Positions 1 to 10,552 of a stretch of 64,000 nucleotides of DNA are shown one piece after another; positions within the stretch are counted from its first letter, which is position 1, and each line of letters starts with the position of its first letter. The translations under genes were made by a program, and so were the position numbers. The notes under the pieces are model-generated. The model had not been told where the DNA came from. It made no database searches and worked only from the letters and a program-made list of their open reading frames with translations. Where the stretch lies: NCBI GenBank assembly GCA_040954595.2, contig CM082578.2, positions 277,740-341,739 of the forward strand, in the 5' to 3' direction. The stretch is from Balanoglossus misakiensis. Its lineage: Eukaryota > Animalia > Hemichordata.

Positions 1-2506
1 ACACAGACTGGCGTAAGTTATCAACGGTGATTACGTCGGATTTCCTACGGCCTGGTTTAGCTGAAGCCCCGGCACTTTAGAGCGGAAACACGCGTACATT
101 GACCACGATGATCAAGTCAGATCTCCTACGGCCTGGCTCGACTAAAACCCCGGCACACCATGACAGACACTAGCGTTCGTTAGCAACGGTGATCAAGTCG
201 GATTTCCTTCGGCCTGGCTCTGCAAAAGACCTGACACTCTAGTACAAAGACGTTGGCTAAGTCGGGCAAACCGAAGAGGGAAAGTCACAGCGGGTCAACA
301 CTCGACATTTGTTCGGGTAGGACTGCATTATTGCCTGTCAATTTATAGAGAAAGCTCGAATTTAACCAGGGCGTTTCAAACACCGACGTTAGTTGGGGGC
401 ACGGCCTGCAGTACTGCCGGGTAAGCTGACATCGGCGTACCGCATGTAATGTAGGGGGGGGGAGGGAAACAGAACGGTTCAATGCTACATTTATCAGATA
501 TCAGCTAATTTTGGACAATCATCTAAAATCTAAATCATTTTTTCATATTTGGATATCTGATGATGTATGAAATTTCCATTATATGTAAAAATGGTGCTGA
601 TTATAAAAATGCACTCTGAATGAGCTGATTTAATACAAAATTGCGTTTTATTCGTTTTTGCACCAAAAAGGTCATTTTTAGGCAAAACATTCTTTATTTT
701 TTAATTCGGTGACCTGATCATATATAAACAATTGCTTGTATGTTAAAAGTTTTTCTGACTTTTAAAAGCCGTGACACTGGCGGCATTCAACACGAAAATA
801 ACAATTTTAGCCACAATTTGGTCAAAATGGTAAATTTTTGAAAATTACAAAAAATACCTGTTTTCTACATTTTCGGAAATCTGATGGAGTATAGAATGCT
901 CTTCGTATCTATATATATCGATACAAATTCCACAAAAGACCGTCTAATTTGGCTCACTGCAGACAAATTGCGTTTTACCAAATTTTCCTTGAAAATGTCA
1001 TTTTTAGAAAAAAAATAAAAAAACCTTTGTTCTTCGAATTTGGTGCCCTGATCATATATGACATGTTGATTGTATGTTAAAACTTTCGACCACTCCAAAA
1101 ATGCAGAGATATTGACGGAATTCAAGAAAAAATAGCCATTTTGGCCATATTTTGACAAAAATGGTAAATTTTAAAAAAATCTTAAAAAATTAACTCTTTT
1201 CTTCATTTTCGGAAATATTATGGAGCATGAAGTGTCGTTCTCTTGTAAAAAGTGCTGCAAATTCCAGAAAAGGCGGTATAATTTGAATCACCCAAGTCAA
1301 AATTACCATTTTCGACATTTTCCGAAAAATTGTCTTTTTTACAAAATAAATAAGAATAAATTCTTTTCTTAGTTTCAAACGGGTAGAGATACTTTCCACA
1401 CGGGTTTTCTAACATTGAATTCCCGTTCATCAACTCAGATTTCCTACAGCATAAGTCGGCTAAAACCCTGACACTCTAGAGCAGAAACAGTTGCACACTG
1501 GTAACGTTGAACAAGTCGATTTTTCTACGGCCTGGCTCGGCTAAATCTCCGTCAAAATATGACAGACACTAGCGTACGTTAGCAACGGTGATCAAGTCAG
1601 ATTTTCTACGGCATGGCTTGGATAAAACCCCGGCACTCTAGAGCAGAAACACGCGTACAGAGACCACGTTGATCAAGTCTGTGTCCTATATATAGTGCCG
1701 GGGCATCAGCCGTGCCAGGCCGAAGGAAATGTGAGTAGATCAACGTGGTCTCCCGTGTGGAAAGTATCTCTACCCGTTTGAAACTAAGAAAAGAATTTAT
1801 TCTTATTTATTTGTAAAAAAGACAACGTTGATCAAGTCAGATTTCCTACAGCATGGCTTGGCTAAAGCCCTGGCACTCTAGAGCAGAAACACGCGTTCAG
1901 AGACCACGTTGATCTACTCACATTTCCTTCGGCCTGGCACGGCTGATGCCCCGGCACTATATATAGGACACAGACTGGCGTAAGTTAACAACGGTAATCA
2001 CGTCGGGTTTCCTACGGCCTGGCTCAGCTGAAGCCCCGGCACTCTAGAGCAGAAACATGCGTACATTGACCACGTTGATCAAGTCAGATTTCCTATGGCG
2101 TGACTCGGCTGGTGCACCGGCTCTATATGACACAGACTGGCGTAAGTTATCAACGGTGATTACGTCGGATTTCCTACGGCCTGGTTTAGCTGAAGCCCCG
2201 GCACTTTAGAGCGGAAACACGCGTATATTGACCACGATGATCAAGTCAGATCTCCTACGGCCTGGCTCGACTAAAACCCCGGCACACCATGACAGACACT
2301 AGCGTTCGTTAGCAACGGTGATCAAGTCGGATTTCCTTCGGCCTGGCTCTGCAAAAGACCCGACACTCTGGTACAAAGACGTTGGCTAAGTCGGGGAAAA
2401 CGAAGAGGGAAAGTCACAGCGGGTCAACACTCGACATTTGTTCGGGTAGGACTGCATTATTGCCTGTCAATTTATAGAGAGAGCCCGAATTTAACCAGGG
2501 CGTTTC
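1..2506 (+). repeat. Complex ~2.05-kb macrosatellite, forward-orientation segment 1 (strand label arbitrary)
   Basis: Sequence at 1-377 recurs at ~2130-2506. Contains 81-bp subrepeats (GATCAAGTCAGATTTCCTACGG...), a poly-G at ~453 and an AT-rich block at ~480-1430. Interrupted at ...GGGCGTTTC by the LINE. Confidence 0.97.
1676..1825 (-). other. Two-piece inverted templated insertion inside a satellite unit
   Basis: 1676-1752 is the reverse complement of 1900-1976. 1752-1825 is the reverse complement of 1330-1404 (1-nt indel). Junction overlaps are AGTCTG, C and CAA. Confidence 0.9.
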
Positions 2507-2854
2507 CAGGCATGATCTTGAAAACTGTAATACCGAGGTCATGTGGTGGTGGCGCTGTTTTACTGGTCGCAGCTTAGTGATTACGGCTCCTGAAAATTGC
2601 TAGTTTTTTGCCTTAGATCTGATGCTTATGACTTGTACGGCACAAGGACTGGAACATGAAACTGTTCTTAATACCTAGAACCTTGTTTGAAATGTAAGTG
2701 TGCACTGTTCATCTGGATTTCGCCATTCGGTTTTTCTTCTTCACCATATGTGTATTGAAGGACTGCACTGTACAATCTCTCTGGAGTGGCGGGAAATTTG
2801 TATTGTCATCCAAATAACTGTATTGTCTTCCAAAAATTTGCATTGCAAATCAAG

Positions 2855-4696
2855 ATGGCAACACAAAGGAAATCTGTCACCGGTGAATCCACAGTTCCAT
2901 TAGACATTGAGCGACAGATGAAAGCAAAGTACCTGGATCGAGTAAACGACATGTCTCCACAAGAACTGAAATCATTCAGCAAATGGCCACTTGTCAAAGA
3001 GTTAAATGCCGAAATGACGCTCCTGCTACCTAATGTTGAAGCCGATCCCATTAAAAAGGTATGCCACTACATCGGAAACGCCTTGAATAACCGTGTCCAA
3101 CAGCGCCTGGCAGAGGTAAGCCGTCCATCGTCACCGCCTGCTGCCAACTATGTCATTGACATGGTTACCTCTCCTATAAAGTCGCTAGTGAGAAGCTTTA
3201 GTCACAGCAACTCCGAAGTTGATTCGTCTGATATTACCCTGGAATCCGACAATGTTGAATCAACCCAGCGACCACCAAAAGCTGGTAAGAAAACCCCACG
3301 CAAGTCAAAGAAAAAGCGTCAAGCGGAAAAGAATCGTCAACAAAAATCACCCGGCACTGAATGTTACTGTACTGAAAACTGCAAACTTGATAGATCGGGT
3401 AATGGTGAAATGATTCGGTGCTGCTTGTGTTATAGCTGGTTTCACCTAAAGTGCATAAATGTTGAAAATGAGGAACTGAACCGCTATTTCTGGCCATGCC
3501 ATGACTGTAGACGTCTGTCACATTCCGTCACTGCACTGAATAATCAAATTTCTGAATTTAAGGACACCAATGAATACCTACGGGATATATACTCATCCGC
3601 TACGAAAGAAAACGCTGAATTAAAGGAGGAACTTCTCAAGCTCCGTGACGTAAATGCCGACCTGAAAATGAGACTACATACGGAACTGACTAAACAAAGT
3701 AACCGTCCGGAGGTAAGATCTCTAGGTACACAAACTAGTGATGATATGATCCAGACAGATGAGTCTCATGTCAGAGAGCAGCGTACACAAGACCAAACAT
3801 TATTCGTTGGGGACTCGTTACTTCGTTTCATATCCCCAGTAAATCACAATGCTACAGTGGAAGCTATTCCAGGTGCTACGATTAATGACATTCATGCTAA
3901 CCTGTCTGCTAAATGCAACGACAAATACAGGGAAATATATCTCCAAGTAGGAACAAATGACATCAGTAAGATGATTCCAACGGGTGATATCATAGCAAGC
4001 TACCTGGATTTGATAAAACTCGCCAAAACCTTGTCAAATGATCGAGTCATCGTTCTCAGCATTCCGCCTCGGACAGACACTACTGATGTTCAACCAAAAA
4101 TAGATGAAGTTAACAATGAGCTTGCTTTGCTGTGCCAACGGGAAAACGTCAATTTCATTGACAACGATGGTACCTTCAAATTCCGTAATAACACAATTGA
4201 TGCGTCTACACTCTATCGAGACGGCATTCACCTAAGTGTCAAAGGCATTCGTATTATGTTGACGAATGCTGGTCTCGAACAACTGTTCACACCGGGCAAA
4301 TTTCAACGTCGAAGATGGGATAACCAATCGTCTACTCGCCCGGACGAATTTCAACGTCGAAGATGGGATAACCAATCGTTTACTCGCCCGGACGAATTTC
4401 AACGTCGAAGATGGGATAACCAATCGTTTACTCGCCCTGGGCCAGCAGTTCAACGGCAAAGATACGAAAACACTTTTCTCAGCAGAAGACCGGAACAACA
4501 TGTCGTAACCAACAGAAACCCAAACGCCGGTCGTATGTTCTCGCAGCGTAACTTCTCGCAACCCGCAACAAATGTCAAATGTTTCAACTGCGGAGAGGAT
4601 GGTCACGTGAGTCGTGTTTGTCGACATGGTGCAGCGGTAACTTGCTGGTCATGTGGCACTCAAGGGCACAAGTCAAAGAACTGTACCCGCGCCTGA
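2855..4696 (+). CDS. LINE ORF1p: PHD finger, coiled coil, SGNH/GDSL esterase, Arg/Gln-rich repeats, two CCHC zinc knuckles
   Basis: First in-frame ATG is at 2855 (AAGATGG context); the track's start at 2786 is a GTG. PHD: CYC..C...MIRCCLCYSWFHLKC...WPCHDC. Esterase blocks: FVGDSLLR, QVGTNDI, DGIHL. Knuckles: CFNCGEDGHVSRVC and CWSCGTQGHKSKNC. Confidence 0.9.
   Translation: MATQRKSVTGESTVPLDIERQMKAKYLDRVNDMSPQELKSFSKWPLVKELNAEMTLLLPNVEADPIKKVCHYIGNALNNRVQQRLAEVSRPSSPPAANYVIDMVTSPIKSLVRSFSHSNSEVDSSDITLESDNVESTQRPPKAGKKTPRKSKKKRQAEKNRQQKSPGTECYCTENCKLDRSGNGEMIRCCLCYSWFHLKCINVENEELNRYFWPCHDCRRLSHSVTALNNQISEFKDTNEYLRDIYSSATKENAELKEELLKLRDVNADLKMRLHTELTKQSNRPEVRSLGTQTSDDMIQTDESHVREQRTQDQTLFVGDSLLRFISPVNHNATVEAIPGATINDIHANLSAKCNDKYREIYLQVGTNDISKMIPTGDIIASYLDLIKLAKTLSNDRVIVLSIPPRTDTTDVQPKIDEVNNELALLCQRENVNFIDNDGTFKFRNNTIDASTLYRDGIHLSVKGIRIMLTNAGLEQLFTPGKFQRRRWDNQSSTRPDEFQRRRWDNQSFTRPDEFQRRRWDNQSFTRPGPAVQRQRYENTFLSRRPEQHVVTNRNPNAGRMFSQRNFSQPATNVKCFNCGEDGHVSRVCRHGAAVTCWSCGTQGHKSKNCTRA
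4299..4437 (+). repeat. 48-bp coding minisatellite, ~2.9 copies, in ORF1 (FQRRRWDNQSF/STRPDE)
   Basis: AATTTCAACGTCGAAGATGGGATAACCAATCG... starts at 4299, 4347 and 4395. Confidence 0.95.
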
Positions 4697-7690
4697 GAAG
4701 CCGGCCATGATGAGTGTGCCGAAAATACTACTACTCATGGTGACATCACATCAACTTCACCGAAACCACATGTTGATCCTACTGCGAACTCCAGTAGTCA
4801 CCCATTTCATGATCTCACTACTTCAAAAGGTATACGTATTGGTTTTTGGAACATTCAACATTTAACCAACAAGATTGATGAATTGCGCTTAAAATTGAAC
4901 AATAACATTAAACCTTTCGATGTTCTTATTTTGAGTGAAACATTTCTCAGTGACCTTCATTGTGATGCAGATTTTATCATTAATGGGTACGAATCATGCA
5001 GAAAAGACAGGTCAACTGGACCTGGTGGTGGCCTTCTCGCTTATGTTAACTCGAATTTCACCTTCAAACGCAGGCATGATCTTGAAAACTGTAATACCGA
5101 GGTCATCATAATTGAACTGTCTATTAATTACGCCCGTCCAATCTTTGTAATTGGTATTTATAGACCACCTAGTTCAACTCTTTCTGTTAACAAAGTTATT
5201 GAGAGTATTATCGAATCTGTTTATTTAGAAAACAAAGAAATGATTGTATTGGGTGATTTTAACTTCAACCTCCTGAGTCCAAATGGGAGGAATAGCTATC
5301 TGTATAAGTGTATGGAATCTATGAATTTTAGTCAACTCGTCACCACTGTAACTCGCCCCATATCGGGAACCTTGCTTGATCACATTTATGTAAATAGTCC
5401 TAGTAACATTTCGAGAACCTGTATCCCTAAGGTTGGTCTTTCCGACCACTATCCTGTTTGTGTTATACGACGTTACCATGCCAACAATTGTAATACGGGC
5501 TCACATATTTATGTTACCAGTAGGCATTTTCGAAACTTTCATGCAAACAGCTTTATCGATGACTTAAACTCTGCTTTTGAGTCTTATTGTCATACAGACG
5601 ATGTAAATACTGCGTTTATGGACTGGGCAACTTTTTTTAATGACATCTGCAATACGCATGCACCAAGAGTTGTTCGAAGGGTGAAGCGGCTACGACAACC
5701 ACCATGGTTTTCTTCGGAGATTTTGGAGCTAATTCATCTCGATAAAGCCGTGCGTTCCAACTCGCATGATGACTGGAGTATGTATAGAACACTAAGAAAT
5801 AAGGTAGTTCACTTTATAACCACCGAGAAGCGTCGCTACTATAGAAGTATTTTTTCTGCAAATTCCAGTAATCCAACTGTTGTATGGCGTACTGTACATG
5901 ACATTCTTTCAAATGATAACGCCTGTTCGCAAAGTCCTCGCATCACTTCCAATAACAGAACACTGTCGAATCACAAAGACATTGCAGATGCCTTCAATGA
6001 TTATTTCACCAGTATTGTTGTTGAGTACCGCCAAAGTCTTCCTGGCCACTCAGATTTGGCAATCACGAAAACGTGGGTTAATTCACAAATGAGCCCAAAT
6101 TTACCTTCTTTTCAGCTGCCCCAAATCCCATTTAATTTTGTGATGGAGCAACTAGCATCGTTAGATGCTACCAAATCTCATGGTTTTGACAATGTCTCCC
6201 CCAAACTTCTTAAAATCGGGGCAAATAGTATAGCGGGTCGCATTACTAATATGTTCAATTTGTCAATAACGAATGGTACTTTCCCTGATTGCTTTAAATG
6301 TGCCAGAGTTGTACCCATACATAAGAACGGGCCGAAACATGTTATTAGTAATTACAGGCCCATATCAATCTTGCCTGCTTTATCAAAGATACTTGAGAGA
6401 CACGTTTATAACAGTCTGTACACTTATCTACAGAATAATAAGTTAATTATGAGTTCGCAGTCGGGTTTCAGACGCTTTCATTCATGTAATACCGCATTGC
6501 TGAAGCTTACAGATCAACTTTTAAGAAATATTGATAATGGTCTGTACAATGGCCTAATGTATCTTGACTTATGTAAGGCCTTTGACTTGGTCGATCATGA
6601 TATTCTTTTAAGGAAATTGTCCATTTACGGTGTTAATGATGTATCTTTAAAATGGTTTCGTTCATATCTCTCGAATAGATGTCAATTTGTCAGTTACATG
6701 GGTGAGGAATCAAAGACTTTACCTGTTGTTTGTGGTGTTCCACAAGGTTCCATTTTAGGACCTCTTTTGTTTTTAATTTTCATTAATGATTTACCTTTGA
6801 GTCTCAGCATGGGCAACATTGATATGTTTGCTGATGATCAAACACTTTGTGTCTCTGGCATCTCTATTAATGAGGTTGGTACAAAACTTCAAGAGGACGT
6901 TTTACCAATTTCCACATGGGTTTCAAATAATGCCATGTCAATTAACACCACCAAGACAAAATGGATGATTGTTGCCTCTCGCCCAAAGGTTAATAATGTG
7001 TCCGAGCACAGTGTCACTCCCAATATTAGGATCAATAATACTTGCATTTCTTGTGTTTCTTCTCACACACTTCTTGGAATAGAGATTGACAATGCTTTAA
7101 CATGGGATACTCATATAGATAACTTAAGTAGAAAATTGTCAATGCGGATTGGGGTACTGAGGAAATTGCGACCTTTGACCCCAAGGCATACTCTTATGTT
7201 GGTTTATAATGCTATTTTCCTTTCTATAATTGATTACTGTTGCACTGTTTGGGGCAACACATCAAAAACCAATCTACAGAGAATTTATAAACTTCAGAAA
7301 AGAGCCGGCAGAGTAATTTTAGGAGTAGACATTACATTTCCTTCTCGTTCTCTTCTGACAACTCTTCATTGGTTGCCCATTGATATTAGAATTGAGTATT
7401 TCATTGCTGTTCAAACTTTCAAGATACTACATGGCCTGGCGCCTGATTATTTAAATGAATTTTCCTATGTTTCTGAGATGTACAATTTTACCACTAGATC
7501 TGTCAGCAACGCTAATTTGTATGTGCCCACTTTTAAAACAGCAACTGGGCAAAGGTCTTTTATGTATCGAGCAACAAATTTCAATATTCCCCTGTCTATA
7601 AGAAGCATATACAGTCTGTCACAGTTCAAGTCACAACTACGTAACTTTTTTCGCACTAAATTTATAAATGAAGGTTCATCACTTGATTAG
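4697..7690 (+). CDS. LINE ORF2p: apurinic-like endonuclease + reverse transcriptase (CR1/L2 group)
   Basis: The frame is open from 4697, immediately after the ORF1 TGA. EN motifs: GIRIGFWNIQHL (~4829), LILSETFL, IYRPP, VLGDFN, LDHIYV, SDHYPV. RT motifs: NYRPISILP, QSGFR, DLCKAFDLVDH, GVPQGSILGPLLF, MFADD. C-terminal LHWLPI...HGLAPDYL. The track start at 4883 is a TTG inside the EN domain. Confidence 0.92.
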   Translation, partial: EAGHDECAENTTTHGDITSTSPKPHVDPTANSSSHPFHDLTTSKGIRIGFWNIQHLTNKIDELRLKLNNNIKPFDVLILSETFLSDLHCDADFIINGYESCRKDRSTGPGGGLLAYVNSNFTFKRRHDLENCNTEVIIIELSINYARPIFVIGIYRPPSSTLSVNKVIESIIESVYLENKEMIVLGDFNFNLLSPNGRNSYLYKCMESMNFSQLVTTVTRPISGTLLDHIYVNSPSNISRTCIPKVGLSDHYPVCVIRRYHANNCNTGSHIYVTSRHFRNFHANSFIDDLNSAFESYCHTDDVNTAFMDWATFFNDICNTHAPRVVRRVKRLRQPPWFSSEILELIHLDKAVRSNSHDDWSMYRTLRNKVVHFITTEKRRYYRSIFSANSSNPTVVWRTVHDILSNDNACSQSPRITSNNRTLSNHKDIADAFNDYFTSIVVEYRQSLPGHSDLAITKTWVNSQMSPNLPSFQLPQIPFNFVMEQLASLDATKSHGFDNVSPKLLKIGANSIAGRITNMFNLSITNGTFPDCFKCARVVPIHKNGPKHVISNYRPISILPALSKILERHVYNSLYTYLQNNKLIMSSQSGFRRFHSCNTALLKLTDQLLRNIDNGLYNGLMYLDLCKAFDLVDHDILLRKLSIYGVNDVSLKWFRSYLSNRCQFVSYMGEESKTLPVVCGVPQGSILGPLLFLIFINDLPLSLSMGNIDMFADDQTLCVSGISINEVGTKLQEDVLPISTWVSNNAMSINTTKTKWMIVASRPKVNNVSEHSVTPNIRINNTCISCVSSHTLLGIEIDNALTWDTHIDNLSRKLSMRIGVLRKLRPLTPRHTLMLVYNAIFLSIIDYCCTVWGNTSKTNLQRIYKLQKRAGRVILGVDITFPSRSLLTTLHWLPIDIRIEYFIAVQTFKILHGLAPDYLNEFSYVSEMYNFTTRSVSNANLYVPTFKTATGQRSFMYRATNFNIPLSIRSIYSLSQFKSQLRNFFRTKFINEGSSLD

Positions 7691-7778
7691 ATTTCATGAA
7701 TGTTTCCGCCATTGCGACTTGATTTGATTTTTTCAGTGTTTTTTTTTTCCTTGTTGTATTCATTCTCATTTTGCCTTT

Positions 7779-7828
7779 GAGGGCTCTGTTGTATATTACA
7801 ATTCTACTTTGTAACACAGACTACCCTC
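7779..7828 (+). promoter_or_regulatory. Putative 3'UTR stem-loop (RT recognition signal) of the CR1/L2-group LINE
   Basis: Nested pairings GAGGG/CCCTC, TCTGT/ACAGA and TTACA/TGTAA lie directly upstream of AATAAA and the (AAT)n tail. L2/CR1-group LINEs use a 3' stem-loop plus short terminal repeats. Confidence 0.6.
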
Positions 7829-7863
7829 TTTAAATAAAGCAAAATAATAATAATAATAATAAT

Positions 7864-9452
7864 AAACACCGACGTTAGTTGGGGGCACGGCCTGCAGTAC
7901 TGCCGGGTAAGCTGACATCGGCGTACCGCATATAATGTAGGGGGGGACAGAACGGTTCAATACTACATTTATTAGATATCAGCTAATTTTGGACAATCAT
8001 CTAAAATCTAAATCATTTTTTCATATTTGGTTATCTGATGATGTATGAAATTTCCATTATATGTAAAAATGGTGCTGATTATAAAAAATGCACTCTGAAT
8101 GAGCTGATTTAATACAAAATTGCGTTTTATTCGTTTTTGCACCAAAAAGGTCATTTTTAGGCAAAACATTCTTTATTTTTTTAATTCGGTGACCTGATCA
8201 TATATAAACAATTGCTTGTATGTTAAAAGTTTTTATGACTTTTAAAAGCAGTGACACTGGCGGCATTCAACACGAAAATAACAATTTTAGCCACAATTTG
8301 GTCAAAATGGTAAATTTTTGAAAATTACAAAAATACCTGTTTTCTACATTTTTGGAAATCTGATGGAGTATAGAATGCTCTTCGTATATATATATCGATA
8401 CAAATTCCACAAAAAACGGCTAATTTGGCTCACTGCAGACAAAATTGCGTTTTACCAAATTTTCCTTGAAAATGTCATTTTTAGAAAAAAAAATAAAAAA
8501 ACCTTTGTTTTTCGAATTTGGTGCCCTGATCATATATGACATGTTGATTATATGTTAAAACTTTCGACCACTCCAAAAATGCAGAGATATTGACGGAATT
8601 CAAGAAAAAATAGCCATTTTGGCCATATTTTGACAAAAATGGTAAATTTTTAAAAAATCATAAAAAATTAACTCTTTTCTTCATTTTCGGAAATATTATG
8701 GATAATGAAGTGTCGTTCTCTTGTAAAAAGTGCTGCAAATTCCAGAAAACGCGGTATAAATTGAATCACCCAAGACAAAATTACCATTTTCGACTTTTTT
8801 TCGAAAAATTGTCTTTTTTACAAAATAAATAAGAATAAATTCCTTTCTTAGTTTCAAACGGGTAGAGATACTTTCCACACGGGTTTTCTTACATTGAATT
8901 CCCGTTCATCAACTCAGATTTCCTACAGCATAAGTCGGCTAAAACCCCGGCACTCTAGAGCAGAAACACGCGTACAGAGATCACGTTGATCAAGTCTGAT
9001 CTCCTACGGCTTGGCTCGACTAAAACCCCGGCACACTATGACAGACACTAGCGTTCGTTAGCAACGTTGATCAAGTCAGATTTCCTACGGCATGGCTTGG
9101 CTAAAGCCCTGGCACTGTAGAGCAGAAACACGCGTACAGAGACCACGTTGATCTACTCACATTTCCTTCGGCCTGGCACGGCTGATGCCCCGGCACTATA
9201 TATAGGACACAGACTGGCGTAAGTTAACAACGGTAATCACGTCGGGTTTCCTACGGCCTGGCTCAGCTGAAGCCCCGGCACTCTAGAGCAGAAACAGGCG
9301 TACATTGACCACGTTGATCAAGTCAGATTTCCTACGGCGTGACTCGGCTGGTGCACCGGCTCTATATGACACAGACTGGCGTAAGTTATCAACGGTGATT
9401 ACGTCGGATTTCCTACGGCCTGGTTTAGCTGAAGCCCCGGCACTTTAGAGCG
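7864..9452 (+). repeat. Macrosatellite, forward segment 2
   Basis: Resumes at AAACACCGACGTTAG. Poly-G at ~7940, AT block, and an 81-bp array lacking one 162-bp dimer near 8940. Ends at CACTTTAGAGCG. Confidence 0.96.
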
Positions 9453-10379
9453 AGACGTTCTTTGCCGAGTAGGATGCTGTCAGACAACGCATCGACTTAT
9501 TTATCGGCTGCCAATGAAATCAAAACACTGTTTGATACGCCAGAAGTAAATGACTTTCTCTCCGCACATCGTGTACAATGGACGTTTATACCGAAGCGCG
9601 CGACCTGGTTTGGTGGCTTCTGGGAGAGGCTGATTGCTTTGACAAAGAACGCTATTAGGAAAACTCTCGGTCGAGCTAACCTAACCTTTGATGAACTCGC
9701 AACAGTTGTGACTGAAATTGAAGCCGTTTTAAACGACAGGCCGTTAACGTACGTGTCATCCAGTATAAACGACAACATTGGATTGACCCCAAATCACTTG
9801 CTACATGGCAGGACACTGACATCATTGCCGTACATCGAGATCACCGACGAAGAGGTGATTGACCCATCTTACTGTGATAATCGTGAAATCAACAAAAGAT
9901 ATGAACATCTATCAAGATTACACGATCAATTTTGGCGAAGATGGTCGTCCGATTATCTGACTGCCCTACGTGAACGACATCCCACCAAAGGAACTCGTGA
10001 TAATGTCATCAAGGTCGGAGATGTCGTGATAATACACAGTGACACTGACAAACGTCCGAAATGGCATTTAGGAACTGTAACAAGGTTGATCTTCGGTAAT
10101 GATAAACTGGTACGATCTGCGGAGTTGAACACCGCAGGTGGTCCTACAAACCGACCTATCCATAAATTGTACCCATTGGAAGTTGTCTCCAAGGAGCTGT
10201 CAACTGTGTCTGGAGATAATACAGGTATTGGAGCAGATTCCAACACGAATACTGAAACAGTCGACACAGCTGGAGCCTCTGAAGATTCCTCGGTGAAGGC
10301 GGATGTTGTACCCCCGAGACGACCTGTCAGAGACTCTGCAGTTGCCGCTCGAGTACGAATAGCGGATCTCTCTATTTGA
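9450..10379 (+). pseudogene. pol: Truncated BEL/Pao pol: integrase core (second D and E of DDE) + DUF5641-type C-terminal domain
   Basis: SDNAST, WTFIPKRATWFGGFWERLI, EIEAVLNDRPLT, LTPNHLLHGR, FWRRWSSDYLTALRE, VGDVVII, WHLGTV, GNDKLVRSA and RPIHKLYPLEV are diagnostic BEL/Pao motifs. Confidence 0.9.
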
Positions 10380-10552
10380 CTTTGAAATTGGAAAACAATT
10401 TCGATCGCATTGTGACTGTTATCATGTTTACTGACACAATGAACATTAGTTTATTATCCTTGAACACTTTAGGTGACTTTAATCATATTTCATGTTATTT
10501 GATGTTTTTTTTTTCTGACGATTTTCGAGACTTTCCTTTGCGCGGGGGAGAA

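Larger units (their letters stand above)
2507..7863 (+). mobile_element. Non-LTR retrotransposon of the CR1/L2 group (possibly Crack-like), apparently full length
   Basis: 5'UTR, ORF1, APE+RT ORF2, 3'UTR hairpin, AATAAA at 7833-7838 and an (AAT)n tail at ~7843-7863. The satellite reads ...GCGTTTC | AAACACCGACG... across it, with no clear TSD. A short-repeat tail and little or no TSD are typical of the CR1/L2 group. Confidence 0.93.

Noticed and set aside
270-470. 5S rRNA, snRNA, SL RNA or tRNA gene in the unique core of the unit
   Set aside because: No recognisable conserved sequence of these RNAs on either strand.
551-580. Hammerhead ribozyme core (CTGATGA...GAAA) in each unit
   Set aside because: Only TGTAT lies between the boxes (no stem II pair), and there is no stem III or NUH geometry. 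Several central units mutate it (CTGATGAAGTATGAAA). An Infernal search could formally exclude it.
2695-2760. Possible intron (GTAAGT...AAG) in the CR1-group 5'UTR
   Set aside because: Motif-level match only. It is retained in a retrotransposed copy and there is no supporting evidence.
4883-4885. Track start codon for CR1-group ORF2
   Set aside because: It is a TTG located downstream of endonuclease motif I, and the frame is open from 4697.
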